64,000 bases of DNA. Source: a virus. Below are positions 10,318 through 17,930 of this stretch, piece after piece. The position numbers were made by a program, and so were the translations under genes. Location: positions 27,379 through 91,378 of the IMG/VR virus record IMGVR_UViG_3300037722_000380; one strand, given 5' to 3'. Each line of letters opens with the position of its first letter. Position 1 is the stretch's first letter. The notes beneath the pieces were generated by a model. That model was not told where the DNA came from, searched no databases, and saw only the letters and a program-made list of their open reading frames with translations.

Positions 10318-11622
10318 ATGGGTAACCTCGATATTTCACAAGTTGCGGTCTCTCAGAATAACAAAGAGACGACCATCAATGACGCAACTAACGGGCTCGA
10401 TATTGCCGTCACGGAAATCCTGATTTCAGACTATACGTCGGGTAATATAACGTTGACTGATGATGAATATCGTCAACATATTCTTTTTCGGACAGTAAAT
10501 CTCAGTGTTCCGCGCAATCTCACAGTGCCCGCGATTAAGCGGTTTGCATTAATTGATAACGCGGATGGTTCGGATACTCTGACTGTTGTTCGTGGTGCAA
10601 GCACCGTTGAGGTTGTTGCGACTACAACTCTCATCATCTATACGGATGGTACAACGGATGGACTTATCGCCATTGGCGCGGCAGGAGGCGGAGGCGGTAG
10701 TAACACTCTTGCCGGTCTCGATGATGTTACTATCACAAGTCCACAAGCCGGAGATTTCCTAACATTCGATGGAGCCGATTGGATTAATGGCGGCGGCTTG
10801 TCGCAAGCGAATTGGGCGGTTCCGTTTCGGGGTGCATTGGTCCATAAGAATGCTACACAATCGGTTCCAACCGGATTTACGACACCGGCTACCATTACAT
10901 GGAACCTAGCTGATTATGATACCGATAGTTTTTGGGCGGGAGGTAATCCGACTCGTCTAACGATACCCGCTGGCATTACAAAAGTTCGGCTTATTGCGGG
11001 AATTCGGACGACTGCGGAAGCTAGTGCAGCCGCGCATAGCCGCCGCCTTGAGTTCTTGAAAAGCGGAGCGGCATTTTCGCCGGGTCAAACGACTTTCCGG
11101 TTTGGGCAGGGAACGACAGCGGCCGAACTTTCTATGTTCATAGTATCTCCGGTTATAACAGTTGCCGAGACCGACTATTTCGAAGTTATCTTTGCACACG
11201 GCTCCGGTGAAACACTTAATCTCATGGATGACGGAGATACGTTCTTCGGTATCGAGGTTTATGAAGTAAGCGACGCTCAGGCCCGGCCATACGATATCGG
11301 GGTATTCGTACCAGGATTGCCGGGCAACGGAGCACTCGTATTGCAGCATGTGGCTGTTCGGGATTTTCGGTTGCCCATGGATGCTGTTGGAAGTGAAACA
11401 TGGGCCGGGGTAGACCCGGATGCTGAGGCGGTTTTCGATGTCAGGAAGAACGGGGTCTCAGTCGGTTCTCTCGACTTCGCAATCGCCTCCAACACCGGAG
11501 TTTTCTCAATTGCTTCGGATGAAGATTTTGCGCCAGGGGACCGACTTGAACTTGTAGCACCAAGTCCGCAAGACGCGGCCCTTGCAGATGTTTCTGTAAC
11601 CTTTATGATGGAGTTAATCTAA
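10318..11622 (+). CDS. Tail fibre / receptor-binding protein
   Basis: SQNNKETTINDA N-terminus, GGGG linker, LAGLDDVTITSPQAGDFLTFDGADW fibre motif; follows host-specificity gene. Confidence 0.7.
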   Translation: MGNLDISQVAVSQNNKETTINDATNGLDIAVTEILISDYTSGNITLTDDEYRQHILFRTVNLSVPRNLTVPAIKRFALIDNADGSDTLTVVRGASTVEVVATTTLIIYTDGTTDGLIAIGAAGGGGGSNTLAGLDDVTITSPQAGDFLTFDGADWINGGGLSQANWAVPFRGALVHKNATQSVPTGFTTPATITWNLADYDTDSFWAGGNPTRLTIPAGITKVRLIAGIRTTAEASAAAHSRRLEFLKSGAAFSPGQTTFRFGQGTTAAELSMFIVSPVITVAETDYFEVIFAHGSGETLNLMDDGDTFFGIEVYEVSDAQARPYDIGVFVPGLPGNGALVLQHVAVRDFRLPMDAVGSETWAGVDPDAEAVFDVRKNGVSVGSLDFAIASNTGVFSIASDEDFAPGDRLELVAPSPQDAALADVSVTFMMELI

Positions 11623-11996
11623 TGCGGCGGGTATCCGATAATGCGATTGATGCACAACTTCAATACATCATCGACAATGCCGAGCGTATTGTCGTTCTCG
11701 ACGCCGACCCGGTAGACTACGCGGGTGTATCGGCTGCACAGCTTGCCGAAATTGCTGTCGATAGCGGAGACTTCAGTCTCGGTGATGGCGATATATCGGG
11801 ACGGAAATTGGTTGTTGCCGCGCAAACGGCTGTGGATGCTACAGCAACCGGCACGGGTAACCATGTTGCTATTGTCGATGATACGGGTATGGAACTTCTT
11901 CTCTTAGTTGAAATGCCAAATGTAAACATCACGATAAGTATTGACACCAATATCGCCTCATTCGCTTATGAAGTTCGTGATCCGGTAGGAAGCTAA
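11622..11996 (+). CDS. Virion-associated hypothetical protein
   Basis: 124 aa, translationally coupled within tail module. Confidence 0.55.
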   Translation: MRRVSDNAIDAQLQYIIDNAERIVVLDADPVDYAGVSAAQLAEIAVDSGDFSLGDGDISGRKLVVAAQTAVDATATGTGNHVAIVDDTGMELLLLVEMPNVNITISIDTNIASFAYEVRDPVGS

Positions 11997-13339
11997 TGCC
12001 CGGAATTATTTTTGTCATCGCAGACGGCTATGACCCTCAAACGGTAATTTCGACGTTAGCCGGATTTGGAATCGTCGCTCATCCTTTCAAAGGACTGAAA
12101 CGCCATTTCCGTGTTCCCGATATGGAAGTAGAAGCGTTTCCGCTACTTGGCGATCCGTATATTGAAGTTGTTGAACCGGATGATCTTCCAATTAAAGCGG
12201 CATCTGCTACCCAATCGCTCACTGTCGATTTAGGATTTACGACTGGAAATTGGGGGCTGGTTCGTATCCTATCTCGTGATTCTCTATACGATAAGAACCG
12301 GTTTGCTCTTCCCGCTACTTTCGAACTTGAATGGCACCGGACCGGATTGGGTGTCGATGTTTTTGTTTTCGATACAGGTATTGAAGCAGACCATGTAGAA
12401 TTTGGAAACCGGGCATCGGAATATTTCAATGCAGTTGCGGGAGCCGGAGACGCAGAAGACGATAACGGGCACGGCACAGCAACCGCGTCATTAGCGGCTG
12501 GCGGAACTATCGGGGCAGCACGGGATTCGGAAATCTTTGCATTCAAATGTCTTAATTCAGCCGGAGCCGGAACCAATACAGATTTTATTGAAGTGGCCGG
12601 TGAAGCATTAAACTTGTACGCAGATCGAGCTGTGTTAAATTACCCGTGTGTGATTAATATCTCTATCGTTGGATACTCGTCTGCTATCGACAGTGCGCTT
12701 GCCGACCTTATTAATGCTGGAATGATTGTGTGTGCAGCAGTGGGAAATGACGGTGCCGATTTGGATTCCATTACGGTTCGGCCCGCTGAACTCGCAGATG
12801 TCATTCAAGTGGCGGCTTCCGATGCTGAAGACCAGCCTTTCGATACTGACGCAGAAAGTCGTACTGCCCACGGCTCGGAAGTTCATATAATTGCGCCGGG
12901 ACACCGGATATACAATGCTGTAATCGGCGGCACTTATGCTGTATTCACGGGAACCTCCATGGCAACCGGCATAGTGACGGGTGTCGTTGCTTGTATGATG
13001 CAAGGATACGCTCGTCTAACATCCCGGTCACAAGTGCAATCTCTGGTCTCTGAGTTTGTTTCTCGGATGTCCCTCAATAAACTAAATCTCTACAGTCCGT
13101 TTGACGATTTACCGAACCGTTTACTGTATCTCGACCCAAGTGACACGCCGGAAACCTTGATCGGCTTTCAGACGCTTTGTATTCCGGAGAGCGGTGTTCA
13201 TTCGGATAATATTGCTCGGGATGTTGGTCTTAGTTTTCCGGAAACGATTCATTCGTCCACCATTCAACAAACACCGGTTTTCTCATGGCCCAGGGCAGCG
13301 GGGCTCGCCGGGCAAGGAGCGGCTGTCATTTCATCTTAA
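11996..13339 (+). CDS. Subtilisin-like S8 serine protease
   Basis: Triad motifs VFVFDTG (D), DNGHGTATAS (H), GTSMAT (S), oxyanion AVGND. Confidence 0.9.
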   Translation: MPGIIFVIADGYDPQTVISTLAGFGIVAHPFKGLKRHFRVPDMEVEAFPLLGDPYIEVVEPDDLPIKAASATQSLTVDLGFTTGNWGLVRILSRDSLYDKNRFALPATFELEWHRTGLGVDVFVFDTGIEADHVEFGNRASEYFNAVAGAGDAEDDNGHGTATASLAAGGTIGAARDSEIFAFKCLNSAGAGTNTDFIEVAGEALNLYADRAVLNYPCVINISIVGYSSAIDSALADLINAGMIVCAAVGNDGADLDSITVRPAELADVIQVAASDAEDQPFDTDAESRTAHGSEVHIIAPGHRIYNAVIGGTYAVFTGTSMATGIVTGVVACMMQGYARLTSRSQVQSLVSEFVSRMSLNKLNLYSPFDDLPNRLLYLDPSDTPETLIGFQTLCIPESGVHSDNIARDVGLSFPETIHSSTIQQTPVFSWPRAAGLAGQGAAVISS

Positions 13340-13354
13340 TGGAGAGAGAGTACC

Positions 13355-13564
13355 ATGTCTAAAACAAATGCAACTGAAGGACTTCCGTGGGGCTCGGTTA
13401 TCGAAATTAGCCGCACGAATGGTGCAACTGAAAAAGAGGGAATTGAAGCCTTTCTAACCGATCTCAAACGGCGCTATAGTGCTGGCGAGTTAGTTAGTCT
13501 CAATGTCATTGCGGAAGACCACCAAGGGAATACTTTGAAGTACGACAGTCGCCGGGCGGCTTGA
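13355..13564 (+). CDS. Hypothetical protein
   Basis: 69 aa ORF with purine-rich RBS. Confidence 0.5.
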   Translation: MSKTNATEGLPWGSVIEISRTNGATEKEGIEAFLTDLKRRYSAGELVSLNVIAEDHQGNTLKYDSRRAA

Positions 13565-13589
13565 TTCCCCGGCAATTTTCTGTTACGCT
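13560..13589 (+). promoter_or_regulatory. Variant GGCAA-type promoter before lysis genes
   Basis: CTTGATT-N4-GGCAA-N8-TACGCT, 17-nt spacer. Confidence 0.4.
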
Positions 13590-13616
13590 ACAAACTCATT
13601 GACAACGGAGGAAATT

Positions 13617-13802
13617 ATGTTTGGATTGCTTAGTCCCATAGGTCTTGCGGCTGTTGTGTTCTACGTATATGTCGGTGTCATGGCGGGTCGGGCCGCTGTG
13701 AAATCGGGAGCCTCTTGGAAGATGGCCGCTGTTCATGCAGCAGTGTGGCCGGTAACCATGTGGAAGCTCATCAACGATTTGTACAACGTCGATCCCGAAT
13801 AA
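13617..13802 (+). CDS. Small membrane protein (holin candidate)
   Basis: GGAGG RBS at 13607; two hydrophobic segments. Confidence 0.55.
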   Translation: MFGLLSPIGLAAVVFYVYVGVMAGRAAVKSGASWKMAAVHAAVWPVTMWKLINDLYNVDPE

Positions 13803-14161
13803 TGCCGGGTAGTCTGAAGGAGCGGGCCAAGGTGCTTAGCATCTATATCGGTATCGTAGGTGCTACCCTTGGCGTTGCCACGGCCTGGAACGAGCTTGAC
13901 TGGCCGCGTCCGGCGTTGAACACTGAAGTCCAAGCTGTGCGGGCTGAATCAATTGAGCAGTATGCCGGGCTTGACCAGTTTAGTCGGGGTACGCGGATTA
14001 TCGTCCTTAACCAGGAATTACGGCAAGCAAAGGTTGATTTGCTTGCGGCTCGGGCGTCTCTAGACCGGGAGCCTGGAAACCGGCGGCTTATTGAAGAGGC
14101 CGTTCGCTTGGAACAGTTAGTGAACGAGCTTAACCGGCAAGTTCGGGAGTTACAGCGGTGA
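13802..14161 (+). CDS. Membrane-anchored coiled-coil protein
   Basis: N-terminal TM segment and heptad-rich C-terminus; coupled start at 13802. Confidence 0.55.
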   Translation: MPGSLKERAKVLSIYIGIVGATLGVATAWNELDWPRPALNTEVQAVRAESIEQYAGLDQFSRGTRIIVLNQELRQAKVDLLAARASLDREPGNRRLIEEAVRLEQLVNELNRQVRELQR

Positions 14162-14418
14162 CAGAACAGCCCGTCCAGGCCGCTCAGAAGCTTGACAGGG
14201 GGCGGCGGTTGGCCCGGCGGCTCATGGGCTGGTTTAGTTTTGGTGCCCTTCTGGTGGAAGCTATGGCCCTCTTAGCGGGTGTCTTCTTGGGGGGTCCAAC
14301 CTTTGTCGCCAATGTGACCGCCACGGCTCCGGTTCTCGTCGGACTCTTTTGGGTACAAGCAGCTATCGTGGGTGCCTACTTGGGTATCAGTCTTACGGAA
14401 GCATTAAAGCGACCTTAA
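14158..14418 (+). CDS. Holin/antiholin-like membrane protein
   Basis: 86 aa with two TM segments in lysis cassette. Confidence 0.5.
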   Translation: MTEQPVQAAQKLDRGRRLARRLMGWFSFGALLVEAMALLAGVFLGGPTFVANVTATAPVLVGLFWVQAAIVGAYLGISLTEALKRP

Positions 14419-14483
14419 CCGGGTTAACGCTCGATTTATGCGACCTTAAGATTGTTCCCGGTCAGGATCAAAATGAGGTTTTA

Positions 14484-14936
14484 ATGTTTGGACTTCTTGG
14501 AATGATCCCGAGCGGGCTCAAACTGGCTTTCGGAATTGGCTTGATTGTTGCGGTTGCGGCGGCGTGGCTTCACTATAAGTCGGTTGTGTCGGACCGCGAT
14601 ACAGCACTCGCCGAAGTTGGTTCGCTGACTCTCGCCAAGGTGGTCCAGGATGCAACTATCTCGGAGCAGAAAAAAGCTCTCGATGAGTGGAAAGAAAGTA
14701 CGGCTGCATTTCAGAAGAAGCTCGCTGAGCTTACTGCGGCTCAACTTGAAGCGAGCCGTGAAGCACGGAGGTTGAACGATGTTCTCGCGCGCCATGATCT
14801 TCACGCGCTCTCACTGGCTAAACCGGGTCTTATCGAGCCTCGGATTAATAGCGGCACTGCTGACATTCTCCGCTTGTTCGAGTCTGCCACTGGAAGTAAC
14901 GACCGCATCAACGCAAATCGTCCGCCCGGAAACTAA
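14484..14936 (+). CDS. i-spanin (Rz-like)
   Basis: GAGG RBS; N-terminal TM then long coiled coil; overlapped in another frame by a lipoprotein gene. Confidence 0.75.
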   Translation: MFGLLGMIPSGLKLAFGIGLIVAVAAAWLHYKSVVSDRDTALAEVGSLTLAKVVQDATISEQKKALDEWKESTAAFQKKLAELTAAQLEASREARRLNDVLARHDLHALSLAKPGLIEPRINSGTADILRLFESATGSNDRINANRPPGN

Positions 14937-15189
14937 GCCGATTCTTCCGCCGCCTCAACCCATCAATACTGGCGAATTCAAGTGGCGGGTTATTACGAAA
15001 GACCGCTTGCCCGAAGGCGATAGTTGGGTGTACTATGGATTGACGCCCGAAGCATATGAAGTGTTGTCTCGTAACATGGCTGACATTCTTCGTTGGGTGA
15101 AAGAGTCCGCGTGGCGTCTGGACTATTATCAGAGTGATGGAGGTTTGGATGGACGCGGAAACTCGGGCACTGGTGGAGCAAGTCGCTGA
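14779..15189 (+). CDS. o-spanin (Rz1-like lipoprotein)
   Basis: GGAGG RBS at 14767; signal peptide with lipobox-like LLTFSAC; Pro-rich; overlaps i-spanin 3' end. Confidence 0.75.
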   Translation: MFSRAMIFTRSHWLNRVLSSLGLIAALLTFSACSSLPLEVTTASTQIVRPETKPILPPPQPINTGEFKWRVITKDRLPEGDSWVYYGLTPEAYEVLSRNMADILRWVKESAWRLDYYQSDGGLDGRGNSGTGGASR

Positions 15190-15406
15190 AGAGGCGGCAC
15201 GTCGTGCTGTTCGCGAAACCCTTCTTACCCTCGGTATCGAAGCTGACAACCCGGTTGAATTTCAGAAAGACACGGCTCATCTCCGTGCATGGCGTCGGCG
15301 CGTCGAGAAAATCGAAGAGAAGGCGATGATTTCAATCATTCTGCTTTTCGTGACTGCGGTGTTGGGCGCGGCTTGGATCGGGTTCAAAGTGAAATTGGGG
15401 CTATAA
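15149..15406 (+). CDS. DUF6127-like membrane protein
   Basis: AARRAVRETLLTLGIEADNPVEFQKDTAHLRAWR plus C-terminal TM; GGAGG RBS. Confidence 0.6.
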   Translation: MDAETRALVEQVAEEAARRAVRETLLTLGIEADNPVEFQKDTAHLRAWRRRVEKIEEKAMISIILLFVTAVLGAAWIGFKVKLGL

Positions 15407-15414
15407 AATAATTG

Positions 15415-15443
15415 TTGACATCGCCCTATGAGTATGCTATATA
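15415..15443 (+). promoter_or_regulatory. Sigma70-type promoter of tRNA array
   Basis: TTGACA-N17-TATATA with extended TG and AT-rich UP region. Confidence 0.75.
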
Positions 15444-15444
15444 G

Positions 15445-15710
15445 GGGGAACATCAGACATTTCATACTCCTTTCTTTCATAGGATGGGTCTACCGTCCGG
15501 CGGGTGCCAGCCCGCTCAATAACGAGAACGTCATGTTAACAGGTCGTCCAATTTATGTGCTGAGTGAACGCGTCGCTAGTTCTGGTGCAAAGCCGGGCTC
15601 GCACCCCGCGATCCTCGCAGTTTGGAATAAGACTTACGGGAGGCCCATAGGTTAACCGAGTAACATCGGTGAACTAACAGGCCCCCGGTAGCCAAAAGCT
15701 CCGGGGGTTT
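15445..15710 (+). ncRNA. Candidate structured leader RNA
   Basis: Non-coding ~265 nt between promoter and first tRNA; hairpins GCGGG..CCCGC and CCCCCGG..CCGGGGG. Confidence 0.3.
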
Positions 15711-15714
15711 CGAT

Positions 15715-15789
15715 TCCGAGATAGGCCAATGGTAGACCGCCGGGCTGTTAACCCGGATGCTCCTGGTTCGAGTCCAGGTCTCGGAGCCA
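15715..15789 (+). tRNA. tRNA-Asn(GTT)
   Basis: Acceptor TCCGAGA/TCTCGGA, arm CCGGG CT GTT AA CCCGG, CCA. Confidence 0.95.
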
Positions 15790-15792
15790 ATT

Positions 15793-15868
15793 ATAAGTGT
15801 AGCTCAACTGGTAGAGCAGCGGTCTCCAAAACCGCAGGTTGTGGGTTCGAGTCCTACCACTTATGCCA
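15793..15868 (+). tRNA. tRNA-Trp(CCA)
   Basis: ATAAGTG/CACTTAT, GCGGT CT CCA AA ACCGC, CCA. Confidence 0.95.
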
Positions 15869-15875
15869 ACACGAT

Positions 15876-15949
15876 AGCAGTGAGGATCGGTCATCCCATC
15901 CGGGCTCATAACTCGGACTGTGCAAGTTCGACTCTTGCCGCTGCTACCA
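15876..15949 (+). tRNA. tRNA-Met(CAT), initiator-like anticodon arm, atypical D arm
   Basis: AGCAGTG/CGCTGCT, CCGGG CT CAT AA CTCGG, CCA. Confidence 0.75.
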
Positions 15950-15950
15950 A

Positions 15951-16024
15951 CCACTGATAGCTCAATGGCAGAGCAAGCGGCCGATAACCGTTAGACCAAG
16001 GTTCGATTCCTTGTCGGTGGACCA
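15951..16024 (+). tRNA. tRNA-Ile(GAT)
   Basis: CCACTGA/TCGGTGG, AGCGG CC GAT AA CCGTT, CCA. Confidence 0.93.
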
Positions 16025-16030
16025 AAAGGA

Positions 16031-16088
16031 GGCGTGAAGGGACCACCCCCGAGGCTATAAAGTCAGGATGCGAACGCCCTGGCACGCC
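16031..16088 (+). other. Degenerate tRNA-like element
   Basis: Closing stem GGCGTG/CACGCC, T-arm-like CAGG..TGCGAAC..CCTG, no CCA. Confidence 0.3.
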
Positions 16089-16099
16089 GCGAAATTTAA

Positions 16100-16173
16100 C
16101 TGGATGTAGCGCAGCTTGGTAGCGTGCCTGCCTTGGAAGCAGGAAGTCGTGGGTTCGAGTCCCACCATCCAGA
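16100..16173 (+). tRNA. tRNA-Pro(TGG), no encoded CCA
   Basis: CTGGATG/CATCCAG, CCTGC CT TGG AA GCAGG; followed by endonuclease ORF. Confidence 0.92.
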
Positions 16174-16188
16174 CACACAGGAGAAACC

Positions 16189-16551
16189 ATGCGTTCTTGG
16201 CTAAAAGAGTGTAAGACCAAGAATATGCTGCCGACGCAAGCAGCATGGCTTGCAGGTTTCTTCGATGGCGAAGGCTCTCTGACTTTCTATATGGCGGGTC
16301 GAGATCGCCAATACAAAACATGGGTTCTGACACTTCCTAATACAAATTTGGAATCACTTAAAAAATGTCAAGAAATTACTGGGGTTGGATACGTTCGGCC
16401 AAAACCGGTGAAAGAAAATCGTCAACCCTGTTGGATGTGGACTGTTGCTACACAACGAGATATGATTTCAATCTGTAAACAGATGCTCCCGTATCTTATA
16501 ATCAAGAAAAAGAAGTGTGCTTTGTTTTTATCCGAATGGGTTGACGTTTAG
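16189..16551 (+). CDS. Single-motif LAGLIDADG homing endonuclease
   Basis: AAWLAGFFDGEGS motif, C-terminal LPYLIIKKK, AGGAG RBS. Confidence 0.88.
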   Translation: MRSWLKECKTKNMLPTQAAWLAGFFDGEGSLTFYMAGRDRQYKTWVLTLPNTNLESLKKCQEITGVGYVRPKPVKENRQPCWMWTVATQRDMISICKQMLPYLIIKKKKCALFLSEWVDV

Positions 16552-16560
16552 ACCAATAGA

Positions 16561-16638
16561 CTATCTGTAGCTCAGCATGGCTAGAGTGCTCCCCTCGGAC
16601 GGGAGAGGCCGCTGGTTCGAATCCAGCCAGATAGACCA
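16561..16638 (+). tRNA. tRNA-Pro(CGG)
   Basis: CTATCTG/CAGATAG, CTCCC CT CGG AC GGGAG, CCA. Confidence 0.93.
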
Positions 16639-16643
16639 ATAAT

Positions 16644-16720
16644 GGTGGTGCGAAGGAGCAGGTGAACCTCGCTGTCTGTGAAACAGTGGACGTTGGGATC
16701 GTTACCCAAGCATCACCCCA
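16644..16720 (+). tRNA. tRNA-His(GTG) with G-1:C73
   Basis: G-GTGGTGC/GCATCAC-C-CCA, GCTGT CT GTG AA ACAGT; T loop ATCGTTA. Confidence 0.88.
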
Positions 16721-16722
16721 AA

Positions 16723-16800
16723 CCGGCGGTCTTCTAATTGGACTAGGACACCTGACTTTCAATCAGGGTAATACGGGTTCGAATCCCGTCCGCCGGACCA
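16723..16800 (+). tRNA. tRNA-Glu(TTC)
   Basis: CCGGCGG/CCGCCGG, CCTGA CT TTC AA TCAGG, CCA. Confidence 0.95.
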
Positions 16801-16825
16801 AAATAGAACTTGACTTCGTATCGAA

Positions 16826-16901
16826 GGGCTGGTAGCTTAATTGGGAGAGCGGCTGCCTTGCAAGCAGTCAGATGGGGGTTCGAGTCCCCCTCGGTCCACC
16901 A
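16826..16901 (+). tRNA. tRNA-Ala(TGC)
   Basis: GGGCTGG/TCGGTCC with G3:U70, GCTGC CT TGC AA GCAGT, CCA. Confidence 0.95.
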
Positions 16902-17000
16902 GTTGTCAGAAGTAAAACGAGGCGTCAGTACACGCCTACCCACAGAACGCCACGGCGGGTTCGGCCGGTAATCAGTCTGAGGGGAACTTGTTGGGTTTGA

Positions 17001-17074
17001 CCCCCGTGTAGCTCAATCAGAGCATCCCCCGCAGAGGGGAAAGATGGTGGTTAGAGTCCACCCACGGGGTGCCA
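17001..17074 (+). tRNA. Non-canonical tRNA-like RNA (6-nt CGCAGA loop, Cys-like)
   Basis: CCCCGTG/CACGGGG, D arm GCTC/GAGC, stem TCCCC/GGGGA with 6-nt loop, T loop TTAGAGT, ends TGCCA. Confidence 0.55.
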
Positions 17075-17098
17075 ACAAGAAGGACAACGAAAAGATAT

Positions 17099-17173
17099 GC
17101 TCGGTTAGCTCAGCGGTAGAGCGGCTGGCTTACATCCAGCGGGTCGTGGGTTCGAATCCTACACCGAGTACCA
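17099..17173 (+). tRNA. tRNA-Val(TAC)
   Basis: GCTCGGT/ACCGAGT, GCTGG CT TAC AT CCAGC, CCA. Confidence 0.95.
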
Positions 17174-17178
17174 GTTTC

Positions 17179-17270
17179 GGGAGATGCCAGTAAGGGTGGG
17201 TGGTCCCACCGCTTGGCTGTAAACCAAGTCCCTTTGGGGCAAGAGGTTCAATTCCATCCATCTCCCACCA
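17179..17270 (+). tRNA. tRNA-Tyr(GTA)
   Basis: GGGAGAT/ATCTCCC, CTTGG CT GTA AA CCAAG, long V arm, extended D arm, imperfect T stem. Confidence 0.85.
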
Positions 17271-17276
17271 GACTAT

Positions 17277-17353
17277 CCGCGCGTAGCTCAATTGGACGAG
17301 CGCCTGACTACGAATCAGGTGGTATGCAGGTTCGAATCCTGTCGCGCGGTCCA
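17277..17353 (+). tRNA. tRNA-Arg(ACG)
   Basis: CCGCGCG/CGCGCGG, CCTGA CT ACG AA TCAGG, CCA. Confidence 0.95.
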
Positions 17354-17354
17354 A

Positions 17355-17430
17355 CGGCTTGTAGCTCAATTGGATGAGCACCCGGTTTCTACCCGGTATG
17401 ATGCAGGTTCGAGTCCTGTCAAGCCGACCA
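17355..17430 (+). tRNA. tRNA-Arg(TCT)
   Basis: CGGCTTG/CAAGCCG, loop TT TCT AC, CCA. Confidence 0.9.
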
Positions 17431-17437
17431 AATACAA

Positions 17438-17524
17438 GGATGGTTGACAGAGAGGTAATGTGCCGGTTTGCTAAACCGAGGCTACCGAAAGGTAACGGGG
17501 GTTCGATTCCTCCACCATCCGCCA
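17438..17524 (+). tRNA. tRNA-Ser(GCT)
   Basis: GGATGGT/ACCATCC, loop TT GCT AA, long V arm, G73, CCA. Confidence 0.93.
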
Positions 17525-17525
17525 A

Positions 17526-17680
17526 TCGGTTGCTCTAGCGAGACGGCTGAAACGCCGTGCAAGGAGAAGGAAGATAGGGGAAGGTCCGCTCTTCCCGCCG
17601 ACGAAATCGTTTCATTTTTGGTGAAATGATTGCACTCGTTTTGAAACGAATTGCAGTTTGTGGCCTGAAAATGAAACGAT
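17526..17680 (+). ncRNA. Candidate structured RNA inside tRNA array
   Basis: Perfect 13-bp stem ATCGTTTCATTTT (17606)/AAAATGAAACGAT (17668) with nested stems; upstream GGGAAG/CTTCCC hairpin. Confidence 0.4.
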
Positions 17681-17682
17681 AC

Positions 17683-17760
17683 CCGGCGGTCGTCTAAACG
17701 GAATAGGACTCCTGCCTCTCAAGCAGGATAATACGGGTTCGAATCCCGTCCGCCGGACCA
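17683..17760 (+). tRNA. tRNA-Glu(CTC)
   Basis: CCGGCGG/CCGCCGG, CCTGC CT CTC AA GCAGG; 3' portion identical to Glu(TTC). Confidence 0.95.
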
Positions 17761-17768
17761 AGTTTAAT

Positions 17769-17845
17769 GCGCTGTTAGGAGAGTGGCCGTCTCCGATGCC
17801 CTGTCACGGCATAGACCACGGGTTCGAATCCCGTACAGCGCGCCA
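17769..17845 (+). tRNA. tRNA-Asp(GTC)
   Basis: GCGCTGT/ACAGCGC, ATGCC CT GTC AC GGCAT, CCA. Confidence 0.95.
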
Positions 17846-17854
17846 ATACGTGAT

Positions 17855-17929
17855 GCCGAATTAGCACAGTGGAAGTGCAGCGGTTTTGTAAACCGAAGGT
17901 CGGGGGTTCGAATCCCTCATTTGGCTCCA
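17855..17929 (+). tRNA. tRNA-Thr(TGT)
   Basis: GCCGAAT/ATTTGGC, loop TT TGT AA, CCA. Confidence 0.92.
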
Positions 17930-17930
17930 T

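Noticed and set aside
15445-17680. tmRNA, RNase P or 6S RNA among the structured inserts
   Set aside because: No tRNA-like domain with tag ORF, no GAGGAAAGUCC core, no 6S-like architecture recognised
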